NCBI GenBank assembly: GCA_014729795.1
Contig: WJJI01000014.1
Coordinates: 757 to 64,756 of the forward strand
DNA length: 64,000 nucleotides
Direction: 5' to 3'
Source of the DNA: Candidatus Moraniibacteriota bacterium
GTDB lineage: Bacteria > Patescibacteriota > Minisyncoccia > CAIUEV01 > JAHKAQ01
Shown: in pieces, positions 19,115-29,259 of the stretch
Layout: every line of letters starts with the position of its first letter
Numbering within the stretch: the stretch's first letter is position 1
Program-made: the position numbers and the translations under genes
The notes under the pieces: generated by a model
What the model was told of the DNA's origin: nothing
The model's input: only the letters and a program-made list of their open reading frames with translations
Database searches by the model: none

Positions 19115-19408
19115 TTAATAATTGTGGGTTTGAGCGTAATTCAAAGAAGCGACCACGGCTTGAGCGATTTTTTGACTAGAATAGTTTTGATCAATATCTG
19201 ACCTTAATTTAAATTTTTTTATGGCTTTAATATCTACTTTTTGCTTGGTTAGCAAAGCGGCAATTTCCTTTAAAAGCCGGGTGGATAAATCACGTTTATC
19301 CTTCCAAACCGATCGGGCTTCAAGCTTGCCCTTATTAAGTAGCTCTAAAACGACCTCGGAATTTTTTATTTTTATGATTAAGTCCATGATATTCTTGCTT
19401 TTAATCAA
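19115..19408 (-). CDS. Small protein resembling the N-terminal half of TsaB/YeaZ (97 aa); otherwise hypothetical
   Basis: MDLIIKIKNSEVVLELL…RDLSTRLLKEIAALLTKQKVDIKAI loosely parallels the TsaB N-terminal pattern (ILAIDTS…VALL…HS..LLP.I..LL). The GPGSFTG motif is missing. Confidence 0.3.
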   Translation of the reverse strand: MIKSKNIMDLIIKIKNSEVVLELLNKGKLEARSVWKDKRDLSTRLLKEIAALLTKQKVDIKAIKKFKLRSDIDQNYSSQKIAQAVVASLNYAQTHNY

Positions 19409-19559
19409 ATTTTAGTTATTATACAATAAAAGTAAAGTAGCTTTTGGAAAATAATGCATGGTTGCGAAAATTTCATTTTTTGATGATTTTTGGCTAATGT
19501 TGGCAAAAAATCTTACAATATACTTTAAAATGGAATTTGCGGTAGTCGATTTATTTTTC

Positions 19560-19725
19560 AGAGGTTCCCAAACAAAATAGAAGCGATTGAAAATGGCCTC
19601 ACCAGCCGTTTGAGCTTCCGGAAACGCTGATCCGAATAAGCCGGCGAAAAAGAGTCCAATAATTTGGAAAGCTAAGTGGAACCGCCCAATCCGGGTCTTA
19701 GCGTTTATTTAAATTACTGGATTTT
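19560..19725 (+). promoter_or_regulatory. Candidate T-box leader/attenuator upstream of thrS
   Basis: AAGUGGAACCGCC resembles the T-box core AGGGUGGNACCGCG in 9 of 13 positions. It is embedded in a GCUAAG…CUUAGC hairpin followed by GUUUAUUU. The upstream CUCACCAGCC contains the Thr codon ACC followed by A, and an AGAGG element lies further upstream. Confidence 0.25.
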
Positions 19726-19790
19726 TTTATTTTCGTAAACCTTTAGCGGCTATCTTGTTAACAAGTTCAAATAATGATTAAACTTATAAA

Positions 19791-21569
19791 ATGAATCAAA
19801 AAACCGGCAAAACTAAAAAATCAGAGTCAAATCGGGAGACTTTGCGTCATTCTACCGCTCATGTTTTAGCCAAAGCAATATTGGAATTATTTCCTAAAAC
19901 CAAAGTTGCCATTGGCCCTGCCATTGATCATGGTTTTTATTATGACTTTGAGTTTGTAAAGCCGATAGCTCAAAAGGACTTGCCCAAAATAGAAAAAAGA
20001 ATGAAAAAGATCATTAATCAGAATTTGAAGTTTAAAAAAAAGCAAATCTCCGTTCAAGCGGCGTTAAAGCTTTTTAAAAAATTGAATCAGCCCTACAAAG
20101 TGGAACTAATCAAAGAGCTTAAGCGTCACGAAAAGGTCGAAAAAGTAACCGTCTACCAATTAGGCGATTTTCAAGATTTATGTCGAGGCCCTCATCTGGA
20201 ATCAACCGGTAAAATTAATGCTCAAGCTATCAAATTAACCGAATTAGCCGGCGCTTATTGGCAAGGAGATGAAAAAAACAAGATGCTTACCCGAATTTAT
20301 GGCGTGGTTTTTGCAACCAAAGCGGCTTTAAAAAAACATCTAGAAATGTTGGAGCAAGCAAAAAAGCGCAATCACCGCAAGCTTGGCAAAGAACTGGAAT
20401 TATTTGCGATCTTCCCGGAAATCGGCCAGGGCTTACCGGTTTGGCTGCCTAACGGGTACACAATCAGACGTGTTTTAGAGGATTATATGTTAAAACTGGA
20501 AAAAAGTTATGGCTATGAACATATCTTAACACCCGTGATTAATCGCAAAGAACTATTTGAAACCTCGGGTCACCTCGAGTTTTATCAAGATTCTATGTAC
20601 ACTCCGTTGGAAATTGACCGGCAAACCTTTTATCTCAAGCCCATGAACTGCCCGGCCGGTATGATGGTTTACAAAATGAAGCCTAGAAGCTACAAGGATT
20701 TACCGGTGAAAATGGGAGAACTCGGCACGGTTTATCGTTATGAACAATCGGGAGAACTGCACGGTTTACAAAGAGTTAGGGGCTTTACCCAAAATGATGC
20801 CCATATATTTTGTACTCCGGAACAGCTGGAACAAGAATTTATGGAAGTAATCGAATTATTTGAAATCTTTTTTAAAAATGTTGGTTTTCATGAATATAAG
20901 TACCGTTTATCGCTTCGAGATGAAGACAGCTCCAAGTACGTGGGCGATAAAGACCGCTGGGAATGGGCGCAAAACGTGATGAGAAAAGTGCTTAAAAAAA
21001 ACAAAGTAGACTTTTATGAAGAACCGGGAGAAGCCGCTTTTTACGGACCCAAAATTGATGTTCAGGCCGTCAATGTTTTTGGTAAAGAAGATTCAATCGG
21101 TACCAACCAGATCGATTTTAATTTGCCTGAAAGGTTTAACCTTCATTACATTGATGAAACCGGCTCCAAAAAACAGCCTTTTGTGATTCACCGGGCTTTG
21201 ATCGGATCTTTTGAAAGATTTTTTGCTTTTTTTATCGAACACCACGCCGGCGCGTTTCCGATCTGGCTATCAGCTTTACAAGTCATGATCATTCCGGTCT
21301 CGGATAAATATTTAAGTTATGCCCAAAAAGTGGCCAAAAAGCTAAAACAAGAAGACATCAGAGTAAAAATTGACTCTTCAGCCGAGTCCCTGGGCAAAAA
21401 AATCAGAACCAATCAAAAGCAAAAAATCCCTTACATGCTAATTGTTGGAGATAAAGAAGCCGATCAAGAAAAGGTAGCGGTTAGAACGCGAGATCAGGGT
21501 GATATGGGCGCGATAAAATTGGCTAAATTTATTCGGGAAATAAAAGCCAAGCTGGCAAAATTTCAATAA
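19791..21569 (+). CDS. thrS: Threonyl-tRNA synthetase (lacks the N-terminal TGS domain)
   Basis: Class II motifs. HSTAHV zinc/editing-domain motif near the N-terminus. RNHRKLGKELELF. A C-terminal anticodon-binding domain. At 592 aa it is shorter than the usual ~640 aa. Confidence 0.9.
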   Translation: MNQKTGKTKKSESNRETLRHSTAHVLAKAILELFPKTKVAIGPAIDHGFYYDFEFVKPIAQKDLPKIEKRMKKIINQNLKFKKKQISVQAALKLFKKLNQPYKVELIKELKRHEKVEKVTVYQLGDFQDLCRGPHLESTGKINAQAIKLTELAGAYWQGDEKNKMLTRIYGVVFATKAALKKHLEMLEQAKKRNHRKLGKELELFAIFPEIGQGLPVWLPNGYTIRRVLEDYMLKLEKSYGYEHILTPVINRKELFETSGHLEFYQDSMYTPLEIDRQTFYLKPMNCPAGMMVYKMKPRSYKDLPVKMGELGTVYRYEQSGELHGLQRVRGFTQNDAHIFCTPEQLEQEFMEVIELFEIFFKNVGFHEYKYRLSLRDEDSSKYVGDKDRWEWAQNVMRKVLKKNKVDFYEEPGEAAFYGPKIDVQAVNVFGKEDSIGTNQIDFNLPERFNLHYIDETGSKKQPFVIHRALIGSFERFFAFFIEHHAGAFPIWLSALQVMIIPVSDKYLSYAQKVAKKLKQEDIRVKIDSSAESLGKKIRTNQKQKIPYMLIVGDKEADQEKVAVRTRDQGDMGAIKLAKFIREIKAKLAKFQ

Positions 21570-22663
21570 TGAAAAACGTTTTTCTTAAAACTTTTGGTTG
21601 TCAAATGAATTTTTCAGACACCGAAAGAATTACCAATCAATTAATACAATCCGATTATCAATTAAAGTCGGATTTTGAATCAGCCGATCTCGTTATTATT
21701 AATACCTGTGGTGTTAGAGAAACTGCTGAGAATCGGGCCATGAGCCTAGCTCACAAAATTCGCCGTCAAAAACCCAAAGTCAAAATAATCATTACCGGTT
21801 GTCTAGCTAATCGTCCCGACATTCAAAAAAAGATTGGAGCCAAGGCTGATTTGTTTTTAGGCATTCAACAATTGTTTTTTTATCTAAAGCCGGCTAAACA
21901 ATGTCCCGAGAGCCAAACAGGCCAATCAAACAATTCTGATTCGTATCTAGCAATTCAACCCAAATATCAGCATAACCGGCAAATTTTAGTCCCGATTATG
22001 ACTGGCTGTAATAACTTTTGCAGTTACTGTGTGGTGCCTTATGCTCGCGGTCGAGAGTTTTCAAGAAGCAAAGCGCAAATTTCAGCGGAAATTGCTCAAG
22101 CCGTCAAACAGCAAGATCTCCAAAGCGTGGTTTTATTAGGCCAAAATGTTAATAGCTACCGCGACCCAAACAACGAAACTGGTTTTGGTTTTCCGGAGCT
22201 TTTAGCCAAGCTCGCCCGGACTTATCCTAAAATCAAATTCAGTTTCTTAACTTCTCACCCAAAAGATTTTTCTCAAAACCTTATTCGGGTAATTAAAAGC
22301 AATCCCAATGTTTCTCGATCCATTCACTTGCCGGTTCAGGCCGGTAGCGACAAAATTCTAAAAGCCATGAATCGTCCTTATACTAAAAAACAGTATTTGT
22401 CTTTAGTGGCCGAAATCAAAAAGCAACTGCCGGATGTGATTCTCTCAACCGATGTCATTGTGGGATTTCCGGGTGAGACTCGAGCCGATTTTTCTCAAAC
22501 AATCGATATTTTTAAGCGGGCCGGTTTTCATTCAGCTTATATCAACAAGTACTCGCCCAGACCGGGCACTGCCGCATATAAATTGCAAGACCCGATTTCG
22601 CAAAAAGAAAAAAGACGCCGAGAGCAAGTTTTAAAACAAACCCTTGAACGCATAAAGGCTTAA
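21569..22663 (+). CDS. MiaB-family radical SAM methylthiotransferase (short form; no obvious C-terminal TRAM extension)
   Basis: N-terminal MTTase domain (FGCQMNFSDTE, INTCGVRE) and radical SAM CNNFCSYCVVPYARGRE. The start overlaps the thrS stop by 1 nt. Confidence 0.8.
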   Translation: MKNVFLKTFGCQMNFSDTERITNQLIQSDYQLKSDFESADLVIINTCGVRETAENRAMSLAHKIRRQKPKVKIIITGCLANRPDIQKKIGAKADLFLGIQQLFFYLKPAKQCPESQTGQSNNSDSYLAIQPKYQHNRQILVPIMTGCNNFCSYCVVPYARGREFSRSKAQISAEIAQAVKQQDLQSVVLLGQNVNSYRDPNNETGFGFPELLAKLARTYPKIKFSFLTSHPKDFSQNLIRVIKSNPNVSRSIHLPVQAGSDKILKAMNRPYTKKQYLSLVAEIKKQLPDVILSTDVIVGFPGETRADFSQTIDIFKRAGFHSAYINKYSPRPGTAAYKLQDPISQKEKRRREQVLKQTLERIKA

Positions 22664-22676
22664 AATTAAAATCAGC

Positions 22677-23792
22677 TTATTTTAAATCGCGAGCGTGTTT
22701 TTGAATAAAGTTTAAAATGTGTTTTTTAAAATTTTTTTGACTAAATGATTGAGCGTGGTTCGCGATTATTTTAGGATTAAAATTTATTTTCTCGAATTCA
22801 TGCACAGCCTTTATAATGCCTGCCGGGCTCTGATCATGAAAAAAAATACCGGTTTTGCCCGAAACAACCGTTTCGGTTGCTCCTCCCTGGCCATAAGCGA
22901 TAACGGGTCGCCCGCAAGCCATGGCTTCAAGCGGCACCAAACCAAAATCTTCCTCTTGAGGGTAAATTAAAGCTTTGGCTTTTTGATAAACTCGAGTCAA
23001 ATCCGCTCCGGAGCTGCTTAAGCGACCCAGAAATTCGATGTTTGGACCTGCAATTTTTTTTAATTTTTTTAATTCCGGCCCGCTACCGACAATCTTTAGT
23101 TTTTTCTTAAGTCGGTTAAAAGCTTGAATTCCAAGATCAAATTTTTTGTATGGTACTAGTCGACCAACCATTAAATAATAACCTTGATCCGAATCGGGTT
23201 GTTTTTTTAGCGGTTGAAAATTTTCCAAAAAAACCGGCGGATGAATCACCGTGGAATCGGTTTTGTAGTATTTTTTGATTCTTTTTTGCACCAGTCTTGA
23301 GTTGGCGATAAAGTGATCCACTCTTTTTGCCGCCATTTGATCCCAAAGACGAATGTAATTCATTCCCACCGGTACTAATTTTTTGATGATTTTGGGATAA
23401 AGATGAAATTCTCGAGTGTATTTATGGCAATCATCCCAGGCGTAACGCATCGGAGTATGACAGTAGCAAATGTGCAAAGCGTTGGGTTTGGTTATCACTC
23501 CCTTGGCGTAACTGGATGAATCGGAAAGCACCACGTCGTAGTAGGATAAATCAAATTGTTCAATAGCCATAGGCATGAGAACCGGAAAGAAGTGATGCTC
23601 GCTGCGAGAAAAGGGGATTTTTTGTAAAAAAGAAGTGATAATTTCTTTTTTTTGAAAAGCTTTACTTAAAGCCGATTGATTGTGTACCAGGGTATAAATT
23701 GGCGCGTTAGGAAATAACTCGCAAAAACTTTCCAAGACCCTTTCCGCTCCTCCGTATTGAATTAAATAATCATGAACCAAGGCAATTCTCAT
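22677..23792 (-). CDS. Glycosyltransferase family 4
   Basis: GLVPLEAMACGRPVIAYGQGG motif and GT-B architecture. Confidence 0.75.
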   Translation of the reverse strand: MRIALVHDYLIQYGGAERVLESFCELFPNAPIYTLVHNQSALSKAFQKKEIITSFLQKIPFSRSEHHFFPVLMPMAIEQFDLSYYDVVLSDSSSYAKGVITKPNALHICYCHTPMRYAWDDCHKYTREFHLYPKIIKKLVPVGMNYIRLWDQMAAKRVDHFIANSRLVQKRIKKYYKTDSTVIHPPVFLENFQPLKKQPDSDQGYYLMVGRLVPYKKFDLGIQAFNRLKKKLKIVGSGPELKKLKKIAGPNIEFLGRLSSSGADLTRVYQKAKALIYPQEEDFGLVPLEAMACGRPVIAYGQGGATETVVSGKTGIFFHDQSPAGIIKAVHEFEKINFNPKIIANHAQSFSQKNFKKHILNFIQKHARDLK

Positions 23793-23804
23793 ATATATAT
23801 TTAT

Positions 23805-25268
23805 TTATTCAACTTTTCTTTTCCTAAAAATCGCTAAAGGGGTTTTTAAAATAATAGCGATATCCATCCAAAGCGACCAGTTTTCCATATAATAAACGTC
23901 TAAACTCACCTCCGCGTCAAAATCCAGGTCGCTTCGTCCCGAAATCTGCGCCAAGCCGGTAATACCAGGCTTTATGTAAAACATTCTTTGCTGGTCATAA
24001 CTGTATTTCTCAACCTCATAGCTCATGTGTGGTCGATAACCCACCACGCTCATGTCGCCTTTTAAAACATTAAAAAATTCAGGCAGCTCATCAAGCGAAT
24101 AACGGCGTAAAGTTTTACCCAAACGAGTTACGCGAGGATCGTTTTTTATTTTATGCAAAGGGCTGCCGCGGCGAGTGTTTTTGTTTTTATCCCGCTCAAG
24201 TTTTTTCAGGACTTGATTCCCGGCTTTTGTGCCAAATTCGCCATCGCAAAGATCGGCGCGCATAGTTCTAAATTTATAAAAAACAAATTTTTGCTTGCGA
24301 TAACCACAACGATAATCTTTGTAAATTATTGGACCGGGTGAATCAAGTTTAATTAAAATAGCAATCATAATATACAGCGGAGCAAACACTAAAACAAACA
24401 AACTAGCGAAAATAATATCAAAAGCTTTTTTCAATACGCGCCCCCAACCATCAAGCGCGGTTCGATTAAGCTCGATTAATGGAAATCCCGCCAACTCTCG
24501 AATATTGATATTGGTAGCATGAGCCTGAAACAAATTAGGCACGTATTTAAAATCGATTTTAAAAATGTCGCTGAAACGCACCAGCATATTGATCTTTTGT
24601 TTATGTAAATTAGGATCGCAATTGATAATCTCATCAACGCCCTTTTTGTCTTTAATTTTTTTCAGCTTTTCCCAACTTATGTTTTCGTTATAATAACCAA
24701 TCACTGAATATCCTAAACCCGGTCTTCTCTCAAACAATTGTTTAATTGTTTCTCCGATTGGATTGTGACCTATCAATAGGACGCGATGAACCCCGACGCC
24801 TTTAGTGCGAGCTAAATGGTTTTGAAAAAGCCTAATCACGGTTCGGATAAAAGAAGCCGCGAAAATTGTCAACAACCAAGCCGATAAAATGATAAATCGA
24901 GAGGACAATAATTCTCGATTAAAAAAGAGAGTGATAATTAAAACCATTAAAGCCGTGGAAGTAGCCATAAAAATTTTTCTTATTTCTCTCAGTTTCGGTC
25001 GATTAGCTTTCATGGAGTATAAACCCTCCAGAGTGAAAATAAAAACCACAAAAAGCGCGATCCACCAAGAAGCAACAAAATAGTTTTGAAAACCGGCTTC
25101 AACCACGGTAGTGCGGCTAAAAACTTGACCAAAGTAAGGATGAGATCGAATGTAATAACTTAAAATAATCGAGCCCACGATTAGCAAATAATCGATAGGA
25201 ACCAAAATTACGTTAAAAAAAATTTCTGATTTTTTCATAAATTTAATTAGGAAGTTGTAAAAAATCAA
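23805..25268 (-). CDS. Polyprenyl-phosphate hexose-1-phosphate transferase (WbaP/CpsE-like initiating sugar transferase)
   Basis: Four N-terminal TM helices, then a C-terminal bacterial sugar-transferase domain containing YIKPGITGLAQISGRSDL. Confidence 0.85.
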   Translation of the reverse strand: MIFYNFLIKFMKKSEIFFNVILVPIDYLLIVGSIILSYYIRSHPYFGQVFSRTTVVEAGFQNYFVASWWIALFVVFIFTLEGLYSMKANRPKLREIRKIFMATSTALMVLIITLFFNRELLSSRFIILSAWLLTIFAASFIRTVIRLFQNHLARTKGVGVHRVLLIGHNPIGETIKQLFERRPGLGYSVIGYYNENISWEKLKKIKDKKGVDEIINCDPNLHKQKINMLVRFSDIFKIDFKYVPNLFQAHATNINIRELAGFPLIELNRTALDGWGRVLKKAFDIIFASLFVLVFAPLYIMIAILIKLDSPGPIIYKDYRCGYRKQKFVFYKFRTMRADLCDGEFGTKAGNQVLKKLERDKNKNTRRGSPLHKIKNDPRVTRLGKTLRRYSLDELPEFFNVLKGDMSVVGYRPHMSYEVEKYSYDQQRMFYIKPGITGLAQISGRSDLDFDAEVSLDVYYMENWSLWMDIAIILKTPLAIFRKRKVE

Positions 25269-25591
25269 TATTTCTAATCTCGGTTTTCCGGTAAAACAAT
25301 ATTTTGCTAAACAATTGGGTTTTCTCTGAAAATTCTTGCTAAAAAAAGAAATTCTTGTAAAATATTAATAGGATTTTTAAGCATAAGCAAAATCTCAACT
25401 AGATTATCTTAAAAATTCGTCAAAAAAACAAGCTATTTTTTATAGTGTCGCCAACATCTGCCAAAACGCGTGGCTGCTAGGCTGTCCAAATGTGCTTTTC
25501 AACGACTACAACCCTTTATTGTTTTAAGTTAATTTAGTTAATGACTGGAACACAATTATTATTATAAATCAATAAATTTTGTTTTAAAAGC

Positions 25592-25998
25592 ATTTTCGGC
25601 CGGCCTAGAGGAAAGTCCGGACATAATTAAGGGGTAGTGGGTAACGCCCACCTCTTTTGAGGGCAACTTTAAAAGACGGGAAAGTGCCGCAGAGACTATA
25701 CTATCCAGTCGGCTTAAGCTGACTGGAAAAAGGTGAAAAGTAAACCGGTGTTTTAGTGGTTATTACCTTAAAGCTACGGTTTTCGCCCGCCGGCAACGGT
25801 GACGCGTGGCAAACCCTACCTTATGCAAGGCCGTGTCCGGTTCCAAGCCTGGTTAAACAGTAACGCTTTTTAACCAAGCTGTTTAGCTGGGCTGGGACCG
25901 GAAGAGCCGCTTTGAGCTTTGTGGCAACGCAAAGCCTAGATAAATAGCCACGATTCAATTTTTGAATACAGAATCCGGCTTATAGTTTTGGCCGATGT
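25592..25998 (+). ncRNA. rnpB: RNase P RNA (bacterial type A)
   Basis: P4 strands GAGGAAAGUCCGGAC and ACAGAAUCCGGCUUAU are present. P1 pairs UCGGCC at the 5' end with GGCCGA at the 3' end. GGUAACGCC (P10/11-like) and other conserved blocks are also present. Confidence 0.85.
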
Positions 25999-26196
25999 TG
26001 GTGACAAATTTAAAAGCAACTATTTCCCGACAAGGCAGGGTAATTTAACTTCATTTTTTGAGGAAATGTACCAACACTAGACTCTACTATGATTGTTTTA
26101 TTTACCACCGATCTCTAAAAATCAAGTTAATTAAATAAAATCCGATAAATATTTAAATAAGTAAAAACCCTGATTAAACCTTAAAAACTGCGCCTT

Positions 26197-26224
26197 TTGG
26201 AAAAATAATGCTTTATGATATAAT
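26197..26224 (+). promoter_or_regulatory. Putative promoter with an extended -10 for the surface-protein operon
   Basis: TTGGAA (26197-26202), a 16-nt spacer, then TGATATAAT (26216-26224), about 58 bp upstream of the ORF at 26282. Confidence 0.25.
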
Positions 26225-26281
26225 ATTCTTGACATAAACAATTAATACAATCAAAAGAAGCAGACAAAATAAAAACAAATC

Positions 26282-28570
26282 GTGAATATAGAAAAAATAA
26301 AAACAATCGCTACTTCAGCAACCCTGATTATTATAGGAATTTTTTTTGTATTACCTGCTTCCGCCTCGGCTCTGACCTCTTTTTCTTTTGATGTGCCGGA
26401 AGGGCAGGGCGCCTCCAATAATGAATTTTATACCGGACGCTGCGTGCGAGCCGATGTATTACTAGATACAGATGGACACGATGCTGGTGGAGCCGATTTG
26501 ATAATCAACTATTCGAATACTGACATTCAAATCGTGGAAAGCGACTGCGCGACTCCGGCAACCACCATTTACGAAGGAGCCTCGGAAGCCTCAGGTGATG
26601 AACTTTTTGATAACCATATTTTTAATAATGTTAATCCCTCAAGCATAACCTTGGGAGCCTATAATAATTTTGGCAATGTTTATAATGGCTCTGGAGTTTA
26701 CGCTCATTTTTACTTTTTAGTTTTATCTCAATCTGGTAGTTATGATCTGGATTTTGATTTTACTCTCGGCAACACCCTGGATTGCAACCTATCCGAAGCT
26801 GGAACAGGCGCTGACATCCTTGAGCAGGCAAATGACTATACTTTAAATTTAGTTCCTGATCCGATTGGGGACCTGCCCTACATAACCGATCAAACACCAG
26901 CCGACGGAGCGACAGATGTTGCTGTAACTTCCAATGTTTCTTTAAGAATCAATGATGATGCTTCAGGCGTAGATATCGCTAATACAACCATCACCTTAGA
27001 TGGGATTAATTATACAAGCAGTGGCCCGAATTCTTTTAGTTATACCTGTCATACTACTAATTTTAATCGAGTAGATTATTGTGACATTACTATAAACCCC
27101 TCAAGTAATTTCAATTACGGCGCTCTTTATCTGGTTGATGTGGACACCTACGACCTTGGGGAACCCACGGCAAATCATCTAAGCGTGAGCTATTCTTTTA
27201 CCACTGAAACAGATAACGACTCGCCATATATTTATAACCTTAATCCCGGGTCCGGGGCAACAAATGTTGCTACAAACAGCAATATAAGTTTCAATATTGG
27301 CGATATCGCTAACCCTGGTGGTTATCCCGGTTTAGGAGTTGATTTGTCTAGTATTCAAGTGGTTGTTTCCGCTCCAGGCTGGGGCAGTCAAACCTATATC
27401 AACGGAGATTCCGAATTTAACGCTATTGCTAACAGCGCCAACGACTATGGAGATGTATATGATTATAGTATTGAAATTAATCCGGAAAGCGATTTTCCTC
27501 AAAACACCATAGTAAGCATTCAGGTCGTTGCGGATGATTTGAGTTCACCCGCCAATGTTTTAAACACTTCCTATTCTTTCACCACCACTGATACCGATCA
27601 ACCAATTTGTTCTAACTTCTCCCCGGTAAAAAACTCCGCCGCTATGAGTTCCAATGGTAATATAATCTTTGAATGCACCGACAGCGGCAGCGGCATCAAT
27701 ATTGATAGCTTATCCGTGCTCTTAGACGGTAATGTTTACACCTCTAACGGAGCAAATACTTTTGATTACTCCGGGGATGCTTCTGCCTATACAATTACCA
27801 TAGATCCCGTAAACGAAATAGTCAGTCAGTATGCTTTTGAAGTAGTGATTGACGTTAATGATTTTAACAACAATTCGGCGCGTTATTCATATGGTCTAGC
27901 TGCCGGCACCGGAGCTGCAACTTGCGAAGAGTGCGAAGAATGCGAAGAATGCGATGATTGCGATCAAGAATGCGAGCCAGAAACCGAAACGATCATTAAG
28001 TACATTGAAAAAGAATCAACTGATTATAAAGATGGAAATTGCCAAGACTTAGAATCATCAGACACCAGCCCAAGCCAAAACCTTACAGAGTCCGCATCCG
28101 AAAAATCCATTTTTATAAAAACAACCGATCCAACATCATTTACTTTAGAAAAAATCAATGAGATGTTAGTTGGCGGTGAAAATATCGAGGTTAATTCAAC
28201 GGAAGATCAAGTAATTTTTACTGGCACAGCATCGCCTGACAGCTCTTTTACACTAATGATAGAATCTCTGGCAACAAAAAAACAGGGGATTGGTTCTACC
28301 TTGATTTTAAACGGTATGGCCGATCAAACCGGCAACTGGAAGATAGCTATAAAAAACGTATTCACCCAAGGCATGCATGATGTTTCTTTGATTTTAAACA
28401 ACCGGGAAGATGGCAGTCAATTAGATAAAAAAAGGCTTAGTCAATTTGAAGTCAAAACAAAAAAAGAAATATGCTGGCTTTGTATCGTTATTATTTTTCT
28501 AGTTCTTTTAAACATTATTCAGTTTTTAACCAGAAACTCAAAAAAAAATAAAAATGTCGCAAATCAATAA
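26282..28570 (+). CDS. Large cell-surface protein with SbsA/Ig-like repeat domains, a CEECEEC cysteine-acidic repeat and a C-terminal TM anchor
   Basis: Signal peptide. Several ~90-aa repeats of the form ITDQTPADGATDVAVTSNVSLRINDDASGVDIANTTITLDGINYTSSG, which are SbsA-type Ig-like domains. CEECEECEECDDCDQECE at residues ~548-565. A hydrophobic C-terminal anchor (ICWLCIVIIFLVLLNIIQFL). Confidence 0.6.
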   Translation: MNIEKIKTIATSATLIIIGIFFVLPASASALTSFSFDVPEGQGASNNEFYTGRCVRADVLLDTDGHDAGGADLIINYSNTDIQIVESDCATPATTIYEGASEASGDELFDNHIFNNVNPSSITLGAYNNFGNVYNGSGVYAHFYFLVLSQSGSYDLDFDFTLGNTLDCNLSEAGTGADILEQANDYTLNLVPDPIGDLPYITDQTPADGATDVAVTSNVSLRINDDASGVDIANTTITLDGINYTSSGPNSFSYTCHTTNFNRVDYCDITINPSSNFNYGALYLVDVDTYDLGEPTANHLSVSYSFTTETDNDSPYIYNLNPGSGATNVATNSNISFNIGDIANPGGYPGLGVDLSSIQVVVSAPGWGSQTYINGDSEFNAIANSANDYGDVYDYSIEINPESDFPQNTIVSIQVVADDLSSPANVLNTSYSFTTTDTDQPICSNFSPVKNSAAMSSNGNIIFECTDSGSGINIDSLSVLLDGNVYTSNGANTFDYSGDASAYTITIDPVNEIVSQYAFEVVIDVNDFNNNSARYSYGLAAGTGAATCEECEECEECDDCDQECEPETETIIKYIEKESTDYKDGNCQDLESSDTSPSQNLTESASEKSIFIKTTDPTSFTLEKINEMLVGGENIEVNSTEDQVIFTGTASPDSSFTLMIESLATKKQGIGSTLILNGMADQTGNWKIAIKNVFTQGMHDVSLILNNREDGSQLDKKRLSQFEVKTKKEICWLCIVIIFLVLLNIIQFLTRNSKKNKNVANQ
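27923..27976 (+). repeat. 9-bp tandem repeat (tgcgaagar x3 plus degenerate copies) encoding the Cys-Glu-Glu repeat
   Basis: tgcgaagag tgcgaagaa tgcgaagaa tgcgatgat tgcgatcaagaa tgcgag, read directly from the sequence. Confidence 0.85.
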
Positions 28571-28572
28571 AC

Positions 28573-29259
28573 ATGTTATTCATAAAAAATAACCCGGTAA
28601 AAAAAATTTTTATATTTTTTTTGTTAATCATTACCTTTTTAGGTGTCTTTTACTATCTTTACACTTTTAAAAAAGACCAAAATCAAAAACAAACAAATAA
28701 AACCCAAGCAAAAATTATTATCAAAGGCTCAATTATTGATTTGCTAAATCAAAAACCATTAGAAAACGTTAGAGTTCAGAGCAAAAAAATTAATTTTTTA
28801 ACCTCTCAAACAGATAAAAATGGAGAATTCGAGATAAAAACCTACCCTAACGATATTTTATTGATTTCCGGATTAGATTTTTATGAACAAATCGAAATTC
28901 CAATTGAAAACAGAAAAAATATCCAAATAGCGCTAAACTCAAAAGCGCTGGCTTTTTTTAGAAAAATTGAAAAAGCCGAGGAGCAGCGGCAATATCGAAA
29001 AATATATCCTTTTATAGTAAATTCAATAGATGAAAATCATTATTTAGCCAAAAAGAATAACTGGCGTGATAACATAGTGCAAAAAGGTTTCTTAGGACCA
29101 AAAACAGTTAAAATAGATCGAGAAGTTCAAATAAAAGAAAATCAATACCAAACAAGCATTCGGTATGTTTTTCAGAAAGAGAATCAAGATTTAATCAAAA
29201 AATATTCTTTTGTTTTTAATAACGATCTAAAATATTTAGATCAAACTATTGATAACTAA
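28573..29259 (+). CDS. Membrane-anchored hypothetical protein with a CarboxypepD_reg-like beta-sandwich segment
   Basis: N-terminal TM helix. The segment IIKGSIIDLLNQKPLENVRVQS…TDKNGEFEI resembles carboxypeptidase-regulatory-like domains. The start lies 3 nt after the upstream stop. Confidence 0.4.
   Translation: MLFIKNNPVKKIFIFFLLIITFLGVFYYLYTFKKDQNQKQTNKTQAKIIIKGSIIDLLNQKPLENVRVQSKKINFLTSQTDKNGEFEIKTYPNDILLISGLDFYEQIEIPIENRKNIQIALNSKALAFFRKIEKAEEQRQYRKIYPFIVNSIDENHYLAKKNNWRDNIVQKGFLGPKTVKIDREVQIKENQYQTSIRYVFQKENQDLIKKYSFVFNNDLKYLDQTIDN

Noticed and set aside
19115-19408. Calling the 97-aa ORF a confident TsaB (tsaB symbol)
   Set aside because: Only the first ~60 residues follow the TsaB pattern. 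The GPGSFTG motif is absent and the protein is less than half the normal length. It is kept as a low-confidence TsaB-like or hypothetical call without a gene symbol.
26196-26250. Alternative promoter TTGACA at 26229-26234 with TACAAT 11 nt downstream
   Set aside because: The spacer is far too short (11 nt) for a sigma70 promoter. The upstream extended -10 TGATATAAT arrangement is more plausible.
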